This document shows positions 39,963 through 52,740 of a stretch of 64,000 nt of DNA, piece after piece. Origin of the DNA: Haliotis rubra (Eukaryota). Under the pieces are notes generated by a model. That model was not told the DNA's origin. It did not search any database and saw nothing but the letters and a program-made list of their open reading frames with translations. The DNA is taken from contig NW_025765148.1 in assembly GCF_003918875.1 (NCBI RefSeq), forward strand, positions 186,001-250,000, written 5' to 3'. The position numbers and the translations under genes are program-made. The stretch's first letter is position 1. Each line of letters opens with the position of its first letter.

Positions 39963-40649
39963 GGGCCTGTTTCACAAAGCGATCGTAGCGCTACGACTGT
40001 CGTAAGTCTTTGTGAAAGTGTGGGAGTTACGATCATCGTAGTGCTACGACTGTCGTAAGTCTATGTTAAAGTGTGGGAGTTACGATCATCGTAGGGCTAC
40101 GACTGTCGTAAGTCTATGTTAAAGTGTGGGAGTTACGATCATCCTAACGCTACGACTGTCGTAAGTCTATGTTAAAGTGTGGGAGTTACGATCACCTTAA
40201 CGCTACGACTGTCGTAAGTCTATGTTAAAGTGTGGGAGTTACGATCATCTTAGCGCTACGACTGTCGTGTCTATGTTAAAGTGGTGGAGTTACGATCATC
40301 TTAACGCTACGACTGTCGTAAGTCTATGTTTAAGTGTGGGAGTTACGATCATCTTAACGCTACGACTGTCGTAAGTCTATGTTAAAGTGTGGGAGTTACG
40401 ATCATCTTAACGCTACGACTGTCGTATGTCTATGTTAAAGTGTGGGAGTTACGATCATCTTAGCGCTACGACTGTCGTGTGTATGTTAAAGTGTGGGAGT
40501 TACGATCATCTTAACGCTACGACTGTCGTAAGTCTATGTTAAAGTGTGGGAGTTACGATCATCTTAACACTACGACTGTCGTAAGTCTATGTTAAAGTAT
40601 GGGAGTTACGATCAACATAGCGCTACGACCGCTTTGTGGAACGGGGCCC
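39963..40649. mobile_element. Small MITE (possibly PIF/Harbinger-like) whose interior has expanded into a 53-bp tandem array of about 12 copies
   Basis: TIRs gggcctgtttcacaaagcgatcgtagcgcta / tagcgctacgaccgctttgtggaacggggccc; unit acgactgtcgtaagtctatgttaaagtgtgggagttacgatcatcttaacgct. Confidence 0.8.
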
Positions 40650-40920
40650 AGGTTATGATTCTGACAAGCGTAGGAACATATCAAGCCGAATGTGGTATTT
40701 ACACCGTCCATCATAGGATCGTGGAAGACCAAAGAGAAACAGCTCTGCAAAACGCATCGTGACGTCTCGGGCGACGGTACTACGATTAATAGATTTCCTC
40801 CAGGGGATGTAGGCACAGATAAGGAGAGATAGAGTGTCAGGTACGCTGCAATGGTTTGACAATGCAATTAAAACGAGAAGATATCAGGGTTGATCAAGTA
40901 AGACTTCAAGACATTGGACA

Positions 40921-41033
40921 TTTTGTAGCGCATGAACCACCATTTGTAGCGCATGAACCACCATTTGTAGCGCATGAACCACCATTTGTAGCGCATGAAC
41001 CACCATTTGTAGCGCATGAACCACCATTGTAGC
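40921..41033. repeat. 21-bp tandem repeat, 5 copies
   Basis: (catttgtagcgcatgaaccac)n. Confidence 0.95.
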
Positions 41034-44000
41034 ACGGTAGGTGGAGATCAATCGGCAGAAATCAACATCAGCACAAACAAAACGGGCGCGACTATTGGAT
41101 ATAGAAAAAACGAGTATTGTATTCTGTATAAATCACATCAATCGATAATTCCAGCACCTACTACCTCCACGTTGAATTCAGTGAAGTCGACATGTTGGTT
41201 TACATCAACGTTGGTTTGATAAATGTGTACTGATAACGTTCACTCTGCTATAAAGGCGTTTTACTATATATGGTGAATTAATTGAAAGATGTATTGAAAA
41301 CATATCACGTGACTGATTGACCTGCTGTGTTATAATATCGATTATGTCTCCGATGTCTTATAATCGGGTGTTATACGTGATTGACATATGGAACTCTCCC
41401 CGCCGACACTGTACTTGTAGACAAACAGCTACACTGCTGTAGTTGATTTAGCACGCCTACCATGTACCTACTATTTTTATGAAGGCAATTTTGAGCATGA
41501 AAAAATAAGGGGATAGCATATATTTACTTGGGTGTATGTTTCTACAGTCGGCATTTCTCCAGCTGTATTGTGGCGTCCGGTACACAATCTTACCTGGGCC
41601 ACACAATCTAATGATTGATATTCCGAGCATGTCCCTTGACGTCGAATGTCGATGTTACGTAAATCATTTAAGTCTCAGGATTTGTACCTTACTCGTGAAG
41701 ATCCGGGTTAGAATTGGTCTTCAGCAACCAATGCTTGAGGCGTCTAACGGGGTTGACACATGCAGGCGCGTAGCAGGCCATTTTTTTCGTGTAAGCCCGA
41801 TAGGTTGCAAAGCTTTATATTTAGACAGTATTGAGGACTTGCCCAGCATTCATAGCAAAAATCATTTCTAAGCCTGTTTTTTTAATAATGGTAGCCACGC
41901 CTCTGACATGTTATGATGTTGATCACTGGATTGTATGGTCCGGACTTGATTATTTACAGATTATATATAGCTGGAATATTGCTGCGTGCAAACAAACTAA
42001 GAGAGCTTGAACCTCTATCCATTACGTCGCCTCATTGACCTGCATTGGACGCTGGCCATGGTGACCTGTCCTGACCCGGAATTCACATGGGCCACGACGC
42101 CTGTTACTTGTACCACGATGAGAAGAAAATGCCCCTTTAACAGATTCCATGCATCCTTTAGTAGAGAGTTAACGGTACAGATATAACGGATCTCAGAACC
42201 AGAATGTCCCAGCCGTAGGACATGTAGTGTTGACAGTGCCTATAGATTAATTCCCCGTCAAGAGTAGCTCAACTCAAAGTTACACTTTATTCCCAAACAG
42301 CGACAAACGATATACCGTTCTGTTTGTTTGCGAGATAAAACTCCCTAGGTGGCGCTAATATATCTTCCTTCGATAAACGTTTACTTTAAACAGGCAAACA
42401 CGTATCAAGCTCACTAATACATTATGCGGCAAATGTTTCACACCGTCAAATATTCCAGTCCGAGACAATCACCTATACAATCGAAATCTTACCTTGATAT
42501 TACTACAACCAAACTCTGTTGCAAGAACTATAAAAAAATCGTCTCACCTGTCTGATATCAAAGTCGCCGACGTACAGGTAACAGCGTCTCTGACGCCGTG
42601 TTTCTGTCAACAGTCCCCGTTGTGTCCCACCTCACTGTACAGCTCAACCCGTTCGCGACGTTCCGGGGGTGAGAGTTGTCAGCCCAGTAATTCAATACCT
42701 AAACCCCCTCAGAAAGATCGACTGTTAAGAATGAAGCAGTTTATGTACATGGATCTGTAAAGAGAATTAAACTGGGCCTATGGAATCTAGATTACAGTGA
42801 ACGGGTTTGGAGGTACGGTTTTGTAAAGGGACAGGTGAATGTTTTCTAACAGATCTTGTATGGGGTTTATAATACGGGGAGTTGGACAGCCAGGGTGGTT
42901 ACCAATGGCCGTGATCGATGAAAGTGATAGCTGTATGGTTCGAGCTGGCGGGAGACTAATTTATATCGCCATGTAAGCAAACGCCGGCGTCATTGATTGA
43001 CAGGGAAGTAATTACGTGGTGCTTCATGACACGGTGCTAATTTCACCCGGCGTAGTACTCTTTAATTTCAGTCTACAGGTTGTGACGTGTTGCCGTTGAT
43101 GGTGATGTAAAGCGGACAAATAAAGGAGGGGTAGGTGGGGTGGGGGATGTGGAGCTTAGGGGAAGGTGGTAGAGTGGGGCGTGTGTTTGGACGGGGCGAT
43201 GGGGGACGGAGTGGGGAGGTAGTCAGCCTATGGCCCTAAAGATTCCAGTGAAATAGGAGTATTCAGGTCGTGTGGGTGAGTGAGTGAATGAGTGAGTGAG
43301 TGACTTGGTGGGTGAGTGAGTGGGTGATTGGTCGGTGGGTGGGTGATTGATTGATTGATTGATTGAGTGGGCGAGTGGGTGAGTGAGTGAGTATAGTTTT
43401 ACGCCACACTCAGCAATATTCCAGCTATTTGGCGGCGGTCTGTAAATAATCGAGTCTGGATCAAACAATCTAGTGATCAACAACATGAGCATCGATCTAC
43501 GGAGTGAGGTTTACGCCGCTTTTAGCAATATTCCAGCAACATCACGGCGGGGGACACCAGAAATGGGCTTCACACATTGTTCCCATGTGGATAATCGAAC
43601 CCGGCTCTTCAGCGTGACGAGCGGACACGTTAACCACTGGGCTTCCCCATCGCCCATAGGTCTTACAAACTAGGAATTACAGCTCTAGGAATTACAAACT
43701 GGTCTGGACTTCCTTTGGAGTGTTTGTATTACTTTTGGAAGATGCCAGGGTATACGTTTCGATAAATCTCCACTAGTACATGAAGTATTGGAGTTTTATC
43801 GGAACGTATATGTGCACTTGGGCAGTGTTGTTTTTCACGGTGGTGATGACCGCCAGGGGAGGTCTTGGAACGGGAGGGGCAAGAGGAAGAGGGGGTGTAT
43901 TTCTTTGAGGTCAGAGGGGAAGGGTGGAGAGCAGATGTGTTGGGGGGGGAGGGAGGGGAGGGGCTGGGCTGTATTTGGACACGATTTCGTGGCAATGGGA

Positions 44001-44268
44001 ACGGTCGGAGGGGCTGATTATCAGTGTGTTACTTCATATCACGGCCGGAAGTATGGTGATTGGCATGGGTGAAATCGATCCACGCCTAAACTACTAGGCC
44101 AAAACTGTTCACTCTGTTAATGTGTCATAAAGTATAATGATATGCAGGGCCATAATATGGAAGACACACAAAGAGGAGTTGCATCCCTTTCATGTGCCAG
44201 GATACGATGATCCCAGATCTACTCTAAAACATAAGCACCATGTCCTTGCTGATGGGCTACTCGTTGAT

Positions 44269-45685
44269 TACTTGTAATGGTACTCGGGGCTACTCGTGGA
44301 ATACTTGTGATGGTACTCGGGGCTACTCGTGGAATACTTGTGATGGTACTCGGGGCTACTCGTGGAATACTTGTGATGGTACTCGGGGCTACGGGTGGAA
44401 TACTTGTGATGGTACTCGGGGCTACGGGTGGAATACTTGTGATGGTACTCGGGGCTACGGGTGGAATACTTGTGATGGTACTCGGGGCTACGGGTGGAAT
44501 ACTTGTGATGGTACTCGGGGCTACGGGTGGAATACTTGTGATGGTACTCGGGGCTACTCGTGGAATACTTGTGATGGTACTCGGGGCTACGGGTGGAATA
44601 CTTGTGATGGTACTCGGGGCTACGGGTGGAATACTTGTGATGGTACTCGGGGCTACGGGTGGAATACTTGTGATGGTAATCGGGGCTACTCGTGGAATAT
44701 TTGTGATGGTACTCGGGGCTACGGGTGGAATACTTGTGATGGTACTCGGGGCTACTCGTGGAATACTTGTGATGGTACTCGGGGCTACCCGTGGAATACT
44801 TGTGATGGTACTCGGGGCTACTCGTGGAATACTTGTGATGGTACTCGGGGCTACGGGTGGAATAATTGTGATGGTACTCGGGGCTACGGGTGGAATACTT
44901 GTGATGGTACTCGGGGCTACTCGTGGAATACTTGTGATGGTACTCGGGGCTACTCGTGGAATACTTGTGATGGTACTCGGGGCTACGGGTGGAATACTTG
45001 TGATGGTACTCGGGGCTACTCGTGGAATACTTGTGATGGTACTCGGGGCTACTCGTGGAATACTTGTGATGGTACTCGGGGCTACGGGTGGAATACTTGT
45101 GATGGTACTCGGGGCTACGGGTGGAATACTAGTGATGGTACTCGGGGCTACTCGTGGAATACTTGTGATGGTACTCGGGGCTACTCGTGGAATACTTGTG
45201 ATGGTACTCGGGGCTACGGGTGGAATACTTGTGATGGTACTCGGGGCTACTCGTGGAATACTTGTGATGGTACTCGGGGCTACGGGTGGAATACTTGTGA
45301 TGGTACTCGGGGCTACTCGTGGAATACTTGTGATGGTACTCGGGGCTACGGGTGGAATACTTGTGATGGTACTCGGGGCTACTCGTGGAATACTTGTGAT
45401 GGTACTCGGGGCTACCCGTGGAATACTTGTGATGGTACTCGGGGCTACTCATGGAATACTTGTGATGGTACTCGGGGCTACCCGTGGAATACTTGTGATG
45501 GTACTCGGGGCTACTCATGGAATACTTGTGATGGTACTCGGGGCTACTCATGGAATACTTGTGATGGTACTCGGGGCTACCCGTGGAATACTTGTGATGG
45601 TACTCGGGGCTACCCGTGGAATACTTGTGATGGTACTCGGGGCTACCCGTGGAATACTTGTGATGGTACTCAGGGCTACTCGTGG
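44269..45685. repeat. 33-bp minisatellite, about 42 copies
   Basis: Unit acttgtgatggtactcggggctacNNNtggaat with NNN = tcg/ggg/ccg/tca. Confidence 0.95.
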
Positions 45686-46174
45686 GCTTCTCGTGGGTTG
45701 CTGGCACTTGTAACGTGTTTTTCTCTAGGTCTCTCTTTGGCTACTCGTCGGAAACACGCGGACTACTCGTGTCTTACTCAAGGGCTATTCTTGGGCTAAT
45801 CGCGTGTTACTCTTGTGTTAGTAAGCTCAAACTAGTTTTAATTAATTGTGATAATGTAGTTGTTATCCTGTCTTTCGCTGGCATCTTCTTAGAAAATATA
45901 AATTTACATGTTCTCAGTATATGACGTTTTTGTCGTCACGATATGGCTGAAATATTGCCGGTGTGACGTAAACTCTTTAACTCACTCACTCACTCACTGG
46001 CGCTTTGCATCAAAACGGTAAACGTCTGAGGCCTGCCCTACATCTGTCTTTCCTTCTATGATAACAGAGTTTTGATGTAAGTGACATACTGTCCACATTG
46101 GCATTATACCCTCCTTAGACACACCTCCATGTATATATTATAAACACGTGGCTGATCTTGTTTCTAATCTCGCT

Positions 46175-46340
46175 GGGGAGTTGGGGTAACCTAGTGGTTA
46201 AAGCGTTGGCTCGTCACGCCGAAGATCCGGGTTCGAATTCCCACATGGGTACAATGTGAGAAGCCAATTTGTGGTGCCCCCCGCCGTGGTGTTGCTGGAA
46301 TATTGCTAAAAGCGGCGTAAAACCAAACTCAGTCAGTCAG
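46175..46340 (+). mobile_element. Full-length SINE family A
   Basis: 12-bp TSD tctaatctcgct at 46163-46174 and 46341-46352. Confidence 0.92.
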
Positions 46341-46720
46341 TCTAATCTCGCTACCCGACCATTTAGCCAAAAGAATGCATGAGTGAGCATGTATACCGTT
46401 TGTCAACATTCTACCATCTTTGCAGCGACGAGAAGGGTGTCTAAAACACGTCAACAAAGGTCAGGAAGCCAATCATATCATATCACAAATATCATATTGT
46501 TACACCCCGCAGACTGTTACACAACAACTGTCCCTGAAAGTCCGTGTGTGTCTTCAGCGACCAGTGGTTGGCACGGGATGTGAGGCCTCCTGATTAATAC
46601 AAGACGTCGTGTCCCAGTTGGGCAGGTATTGTCAGGAACCGGTATCACAGCCAGACTGTTGCTGAGTGCGGCATAAAACAACATCACTCATTAAGCCTCA
46701 CCTGACGAAGGTCACAGATA

Positions 46721-47067
46721 CAGTCCGTTTGAGTCAGAAACGGACCGATGTTAGAGAAGCACGTGCACAAGTGCCCACCAAGTTATTTATTCATTAGCTT
46801 GTGCTGGGCCGTCTCCATCCTTTCTCGCACACCTGGCTGTCCCTTTCTCTGGACTCCTCCCTCGTAACAAATAGTGAACTGTGTCAAAATTTTAATGATA
46901 GTTTGTTAAAGAACTTTTTTGGTGGAGTCCGGAAAATTTTCAAATATCAGAAAGCTGTTGGGTATTAGTACATGATAAACATGTGTACTATCTATATATT
47001 TAAGTGGCAATTTTGTACAATGATAAAATTTGCAATTCATCGGTCCGTTTCTGACTCAAACGGACTG
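46721..47067. mobile_element. Tc1/mariner-type MITE
   Basis: Perfect 30-bp TIRs cagtccgtttgagtcagaaacggaccgatg; TA TSD. Confidence 0.92.
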
Positions 47068-47529
47068 TAAATGAGTGGAGAACTAGGATTTTATGTGTGA
47101 TTCATACAATGTTGAGCAACTGATGGTTTCGAGTTGCGTGCTGCTGACAATCTGCACAGCTGGTTAAGCTCGTTTAAACTTCAAAGGCAGAAGTTACTGT
47201 GACACACAAACAACAAACTGAACCAGTGTTAATTTTTTACTGCCGCGAATGAAATGTTATTACATGGGAAGTCCAGTGTGTGGTTGGTTTGTTGTTTTAC
47301 GCCGCACTCAGCAATATTTCAGGTACATGGCGAGAATGGACCAGACAATCCAGTGATCAACATCATGAGGATCGATCTACACAATTGGGATACGATGCCG
47401 TTAGTTGCCTCTTACGACAAGCATTTTTTGTTCTATTTGCGGATGCTGCTGTACAACTTCAGCAATGTGTAATCTTGCCGTGTCGTATTGAAACGTCACT
47501 CCAGGGATGTTCTGTTGCAAAACACGGTT

Positions 47530-49604
47530 AAGCCGCCATTTGCAAAATCTCTTCTAGGTACTTCACAACATTCAAGTTCCCCGCAGTCACAGTGATTGGC
47601 GTCCTTGCTGCAGCTGTTATCCCATCCCCAGATCATAACAACCCAACCTCCAAAACTGCCCTCTCCCAAACACGTTTGGCAAGACGCAGTCCCATGACCG
47701 ATGTTGAAGAACTGCACCGGAAAGGAGAGTGGGAGTCCTCCCCTACCATCAAATGGAATCTGTGTGGTTGTTGTCTGAGGGAGACGCCCCTCCCTCACAG
47801 ACAGGTACAAGGAATGTGGTGCAGGCTTGGAAAAACCGAGAAGTGAGAACATGGCGTCGGGTTCCCTGGTCTCATGAAAGCCGCTATCATCTACACGTTA
47901 CTGATGGCCGTTATGTTGATAACGAGGCTTGTCACCAGAGGATGATCGATTGAATTCCGTACCTGGTGGCTATAGTCCGTCAACTTAACTTTTGGCACCC
48001 TGTTTTTCACAATTTATATAAAACTCCTGAATATTTTAAAACACTAATCTGTTCATATGGTACTTGTATACCGTGACCTAACAAGATATCGATTTTAGTA
48101 AATTTAAAACGATTATTAAAGATTTTGCCTTTAAACCTGTCATATAATAATGGTAAAACTGTGGAGAGTTTTACGAGGGGTTAACGCACCTGATGGAAAA
48201 GCCAACAACACTGTAAAATGTGTGTCAGCGTGATAGGTACATGCACGGGTATTTACATTAGCACGCTTAACTGATGTCAAAGATCGTCAACACGCACAGG
48301 TTTTAGGGAAAACGAGGTTGCACAAAGATGACCGGCAAATCATCAAAAGAGTTTACAACTTTTTCAAGCGCGAGGCAAAGCGACAAAAAATTCAATTTTG
48401 TTTCAATTGAATCTTTCTCCAAAAGACACTTAATGCCACGAAGATCTGCAAAAGAATATTGCAAAGAGTTATCTCCCATAACACTATTTCAGAGCCTGAC
48501 GATGACATGGCAGTTAAATCGGGGACCGTCTCAAAAGCTGCAAAGAAAACAAAGCTTGATGAATTCGATAGACGGGTTGTGAGGGACATCATGCGCCGGT
48601 TACATCCATCCATATCTTCAAGCAAACTGAAGAAAATATTGTTCGAGAGAGACCATGACTTCAATGTATCAAAGCATACCATATACAAGCTGTTGCTCAA
48701 ATTTGGATATAGATACAAGAGACCAAGCAACCAGTCTTTAAAGACTTCAATGAATCTACTTGTTTAAAATGGATTTATGATGATTATAGAGTCCCTGTTG
48801 ATTTGCTTGCAGGCGTAACAATGTAAACAATATGCACGCGTGTCACACCATGTTGTTGGCTGTTCCATCGTATCATTTTACTCCCTTGTATAACTACTTC
48901 TATTTTTCATATTTTTATAAGATAGCTTCTTAAGACGAAGCTTTAATACTTGACATAAGATTATGAAATTTAAACCTTGGATAGGTCATAAGATATAAAG
49001 AGCGTATGCACAAAAACATTTTGAAGGCATTTTTGGTTAAAAGTTTTTTTGTGAAAAACAGGGTGCCAAAAGTTCAGTTGACGGACTATAAGTGATGGTG
49101 TGTAGTTCTCATCACAGCATCTGGACGGACGTACATTGCTATAACCGCCCCATTCCTTGTCGTCCGATATTTAAGGATGACAACGCTACACCTCAACGTT
49201 CTCTAGCCGTCATCGACACATGTTCAGAGTCTGCAGAGAAATGGCACTGAGATATGGCTGAGAATTCAACGCTTGATTGCCAGTATAGATACTGAGGAGG
49301 CAGGCAGGGTGGCTACTCCAGATACTGACGATGTCTCCTGTGGTGGTTCATACAGTTCCAACAACCATCCTTTGTCAACTGTGTGACAATCAGCATGTTG
49401 GCGTGAATACTGTGGCCACACTTTCCGCCATTGTTGATACTCCTCTCATCAGAGTGCAAGTAAATTGTTACCAAATTCGGTATTATTATATTTTTCTAAT
49501 CAGAGTAATATATGTATTAGTTTCCATTTGGGAACATGGGGTTTCAAAACATATACAACAAACTGTAGTGTTATCAAGTGGTTATGTGAATTAATAACCC
49601 TGTG
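47530..49604 (+). mobile_element. Decayed Tc1 element interrupted by a nested transposon
   Basis: Remnant motifs WRRVPWSHESRYHLHVTDGR, GG|VMV, FKDDNATPQR, GGYSRY*; boundaries approximate. Confidence 0.65.
47973..49088 (+). mobile_element. Internally deleted IS630-Tc1-mariner superfamily transposon nested in the Tc1 remnant
   Basis: About 39-bp TIRs tagtccgtcaact[t/g]aacttttggcaccctgtttttcaca; TA TSD; N-terminal remnant QIIKRVYNFFKRE...LDEFDRRVVRDI...VSKHTIYKLLLKFGYRYKR; no DDE domain seen. Confidence 0.85.
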
Positions 49605-50507
49605 TATACTGCCCCATAAACCCCCCCACATGCACCATAGACCATCACGTTTGGTGTGAATGAACCTTGAACACTAATTATACACCGGATCTGTGCAGTG
49701 TTTACATTCAGTGGAGTTTGATCTAAATAAATAAACTATATAATGAACTGGGATCAATGTGGGATCGACTTGGCAAGGATATAGCTTATTGTCGATATAA
49801 CAAGGCCTCGTTGTCACTCAGTCTGCAAAAGGATTAATTGTCCATATTCATCATTAGACCATCGGATGTACCTGGCTCAGGTGTCAGCAGAGGGCTCACG
49901 GTGCACTGGCCTTTAATCGAAATGTGAAAACCGAAGAAACTTTGTTGGACAATAAAACTTTATTGGAGTGTGAAGTCTGTTCTAGATATTAAATTTTAAA
50001 TACGAAACGGAAGGAACTCAGACACCGTTTGGTTTGGTGGATGTTTGTTATAGGGGATGAAGTTTATTCAAAGCATCAACAACGGATTTCAGTGTCACCA
50101 CCAGGGGGCCAGCTGAGATTAACGGGGAGAAGCGACAAAACTCTTTCCACATCCATTAGAAATATCTGCTAACAATCGATTGTACAATTCTGACTATATA
50201 ATGAGTAGGTATTTGTTTCAGCAGCATTACATCTGAAACATGTTGTTTGAAAACAATCGAGTCTGGACCAGACAATCCAGTGATTGTCACCATGCGATAC
50301 GATGACAGAGCATGTGTTTATGAATCACTATGAAACAGTGATGATACCAGGTGTTCGCGAAAAGGTGAACGTATATCCTGCCACCAAAATGGATATGTGC
50401 CCAAATGACAAGCCTGGCTTGTGTCCCCCCAAATAACAAGCCTTGCTTGTATCCCCCAAATGACAAGCCTGGTTTGTTTCCGCCAAATGACATCCAGTAA
50501 ATGAGCT

Positions 50508-50764
50508 TCACAGATCACACATTCGCTGATAATGTGATGCATAATGCCTACCCGACAAACCGGCGGATACGCCATCCTTCGAAATAGAGCCTAGTGCGCA
50601 TTCTCTGCGCTGCGGGTAAAAGTCCACAGATCGACACAAGAAGACACTTTCGTCGAGGCATGCCTGAAGGCACTGATCCAACGTGACACGTGTTATCCTT
50701 CGTATGATACTTTCACCTATGTAGGATGAGGTTAAACGCTTGAACTGAGAAGAACAACCCTGCC
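50508..50764 (-). CDS. PAN-mucin-PAN gene copy 1, exon 4: C-terminal PAN/Apple domain
   Basis: gtttacag|GG phase 1; GQGCSSQFKR...TLDQCLQACLDESVFLCRSVDFYPQRRECALG...HYQRMCDL*. Confidence 0.88.
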
Positions 50765-51117
50765 CTGTAAACATGCAATGGTACCTATAAGTCATGGGAA
50801 ATACACAACAAGAGGGTTAAATATGTGACATTGCTGGAATACTGCGTGAAAGCGGCTTCCAAGTGATTAAATCATATACACGAAGGGAAAAGAAATCTGT
50901 TCTTGTCTCTGTTCTAATTTTGATCTGGATTTCATTCTCAATCATATATATTTATATTCCGACAAGGAATTTATATTAGACGGGTGTTGGATACAATCTA
51001 TAACATGAATAGTTTTCATATCTCGAACATACATTCGTGCATAGTTGCGTGCAGGCAGTCTCCTTTCATCTCATTCTTAAATCTTTCACAACGTAACCTG
51101 CATCACCAACAAGTTGA

Positions 51118-51277
51118 GGGCGGTGGGGTAGCCTAGTGGTTAAAGCGTCCCCTTGTCACGCCGAAGACCCGGGTTCGATTCCCCACATGGGTACAATATG
51201 TGAAACCCATTTCTGGTGTCCCCCGCCGTGATATTGCTGCAATATTGCTAAAAGAGGCGTAAACTACACTCACTCAC
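51118..51277 (+). mobile_element. Full-length SINE family A
   Basis: A and B boxes, (actc)n tail, TSD tcaccaaca[a/t]gttga. Confidence 0.92.
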
Positions 51278-51609
51278 TCACCAACATGTTGATTAATCCA
51301 CGCATATTGAATACCAACTATAACAACTGACCGTTTATCTAGCAAGAGAAAATCTGTTCTGAGCTTCTACAAGACATAACGTAAAGATCTTTACCCGTAT
51401 TTAAGCATCGGACTCCTCAATGAACAATAACCTGTTTGGTGATCAAATTAACAAAAACCACAATACAGCCCTGGGCATAAATTCGGTAATTACACATACT
51501 GAAAGGGAAAACAAGCACACCGAATTTATGTGAGCATAGATTAACAAATGGTACAATTTTTAAATTCTTTTTGGCTCCTAACAAAGAAAGAACCTGCATG
51601 TATTTCAAG

Positions 51610-52121
51610 AGTTAGTGAGTTACGATTTTAAGTCACATCGGCAGTATTTCCACCATATCCTTACAATAAAGTTATACATAATACATGAAGTTAATGTATT
51701 AAAACCTGTCAAGGAAGGACAGTAAATACAACTAGAATATCACAGATATAGATATAAAACTAGTGCCTAAATCTAAAACTTTGAAACTACTGAAGACAAT
51801 ACAATATTAAAACAGACTATAGATCGCCACCAACTGAAGGCAGTTCACCCTACTAGGGACCATGGGGACTTACAGTATTTTTGCTTCCTGCATGGACCCT
51901 AGCTGGATTTACACCATCATTTCAGATGTTGGCAATTTGTTAAAAAATCTATCCAATGGTATCGATGTCCAAAACATATTCCTAAAGATTTTGAAAACAA
52001 TTCTGTTTCTACTAAAAAACAGTTATCAAATGACAATTGACATGGTAAAAAAGATCCTTTAGTGAAATATTGATCCCTTGTGATGGGAAAATCAATACAG
52101 CCAAGCTGGACATGCTTGACC
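51610..52121 (-). mobile_element. 3' end of a Nimb/I-like LINE
   Basis: VKHVQLGCIDFPITRDQYF..KDLFYHVNCHLITVF C-terminal remnant; 3' UTR ending gatatgg.ggaaatactgccgatgtgac...actcact. Confidence 0.65.
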
Positions 52122-52399
52122 GCAGGTACTTCAATACCACCTCGTGGAATGTGTGGACGTTGTGGACGACTATGGTTAACTTGAACGTCAATGACACCGG
52201 GCCCCTTCTTTTGATGACAAAATCACAGATTCTACTCTGCTCTCGCGGAATGTGTCCGATTGCAAGATTTTCCCACTCGATAGAAACCGCGTGTGAGTCA
52301 TATGAATTTGAGAGGTCTGTTTCCGTATCAGGTACCTGACCTGTCTCTGGGTCCAGTGACTCATGTACACATGGACTCCTCTGATTGCACTATGAACGT

Positions 52400-52740
52400 G
52401 ACCGCCTCCGTGGTGTAGTGGTTAGAGCGTCCGACCGGAGAGCGAAAGGTCGCGGGTTCGATCCCCGACCGCGTCATACCAAAAAACGTTAAAATATGGC
52501 ATTTGTTGGTCCCTGCCTGGCGCTCGGCATTAATGGGTACAACAAGGACTGGTCGGCTCGGAGTCAGTATAATGTGTCTGAGTGGGGTATTCATGCTTCA
52601 CTGCGGCATGGTATCTCACTGGGCTAGCACTATAAAACCAGCTTATACAAGGGGCCGCAAATACACATACACACGCATGTACGTCGTCATATGAGCGAAA
52701 TATTCTCAAGCACGACGTTAAACCCAATTTCACCTCACCT
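52400..52740 (+). mobile_element. Full-length SINE family B
   Basis: 12-bp TSD cactatgaacgt at 52388-52399 and 52741-52752. Confidence 0.92.

Noticed and set aside
39985-40630. Regular arrays as CRISPR-like loci (also 44269 and 61640)
   Set aside because: No unique spacers and no cas genes; eukaryotic tandem repeats
51118-51190. tRNA-like sequences with A and B boxes
   Set aside because: SINE heads continuing into SINE bodies with TSDs; not tRNA genes
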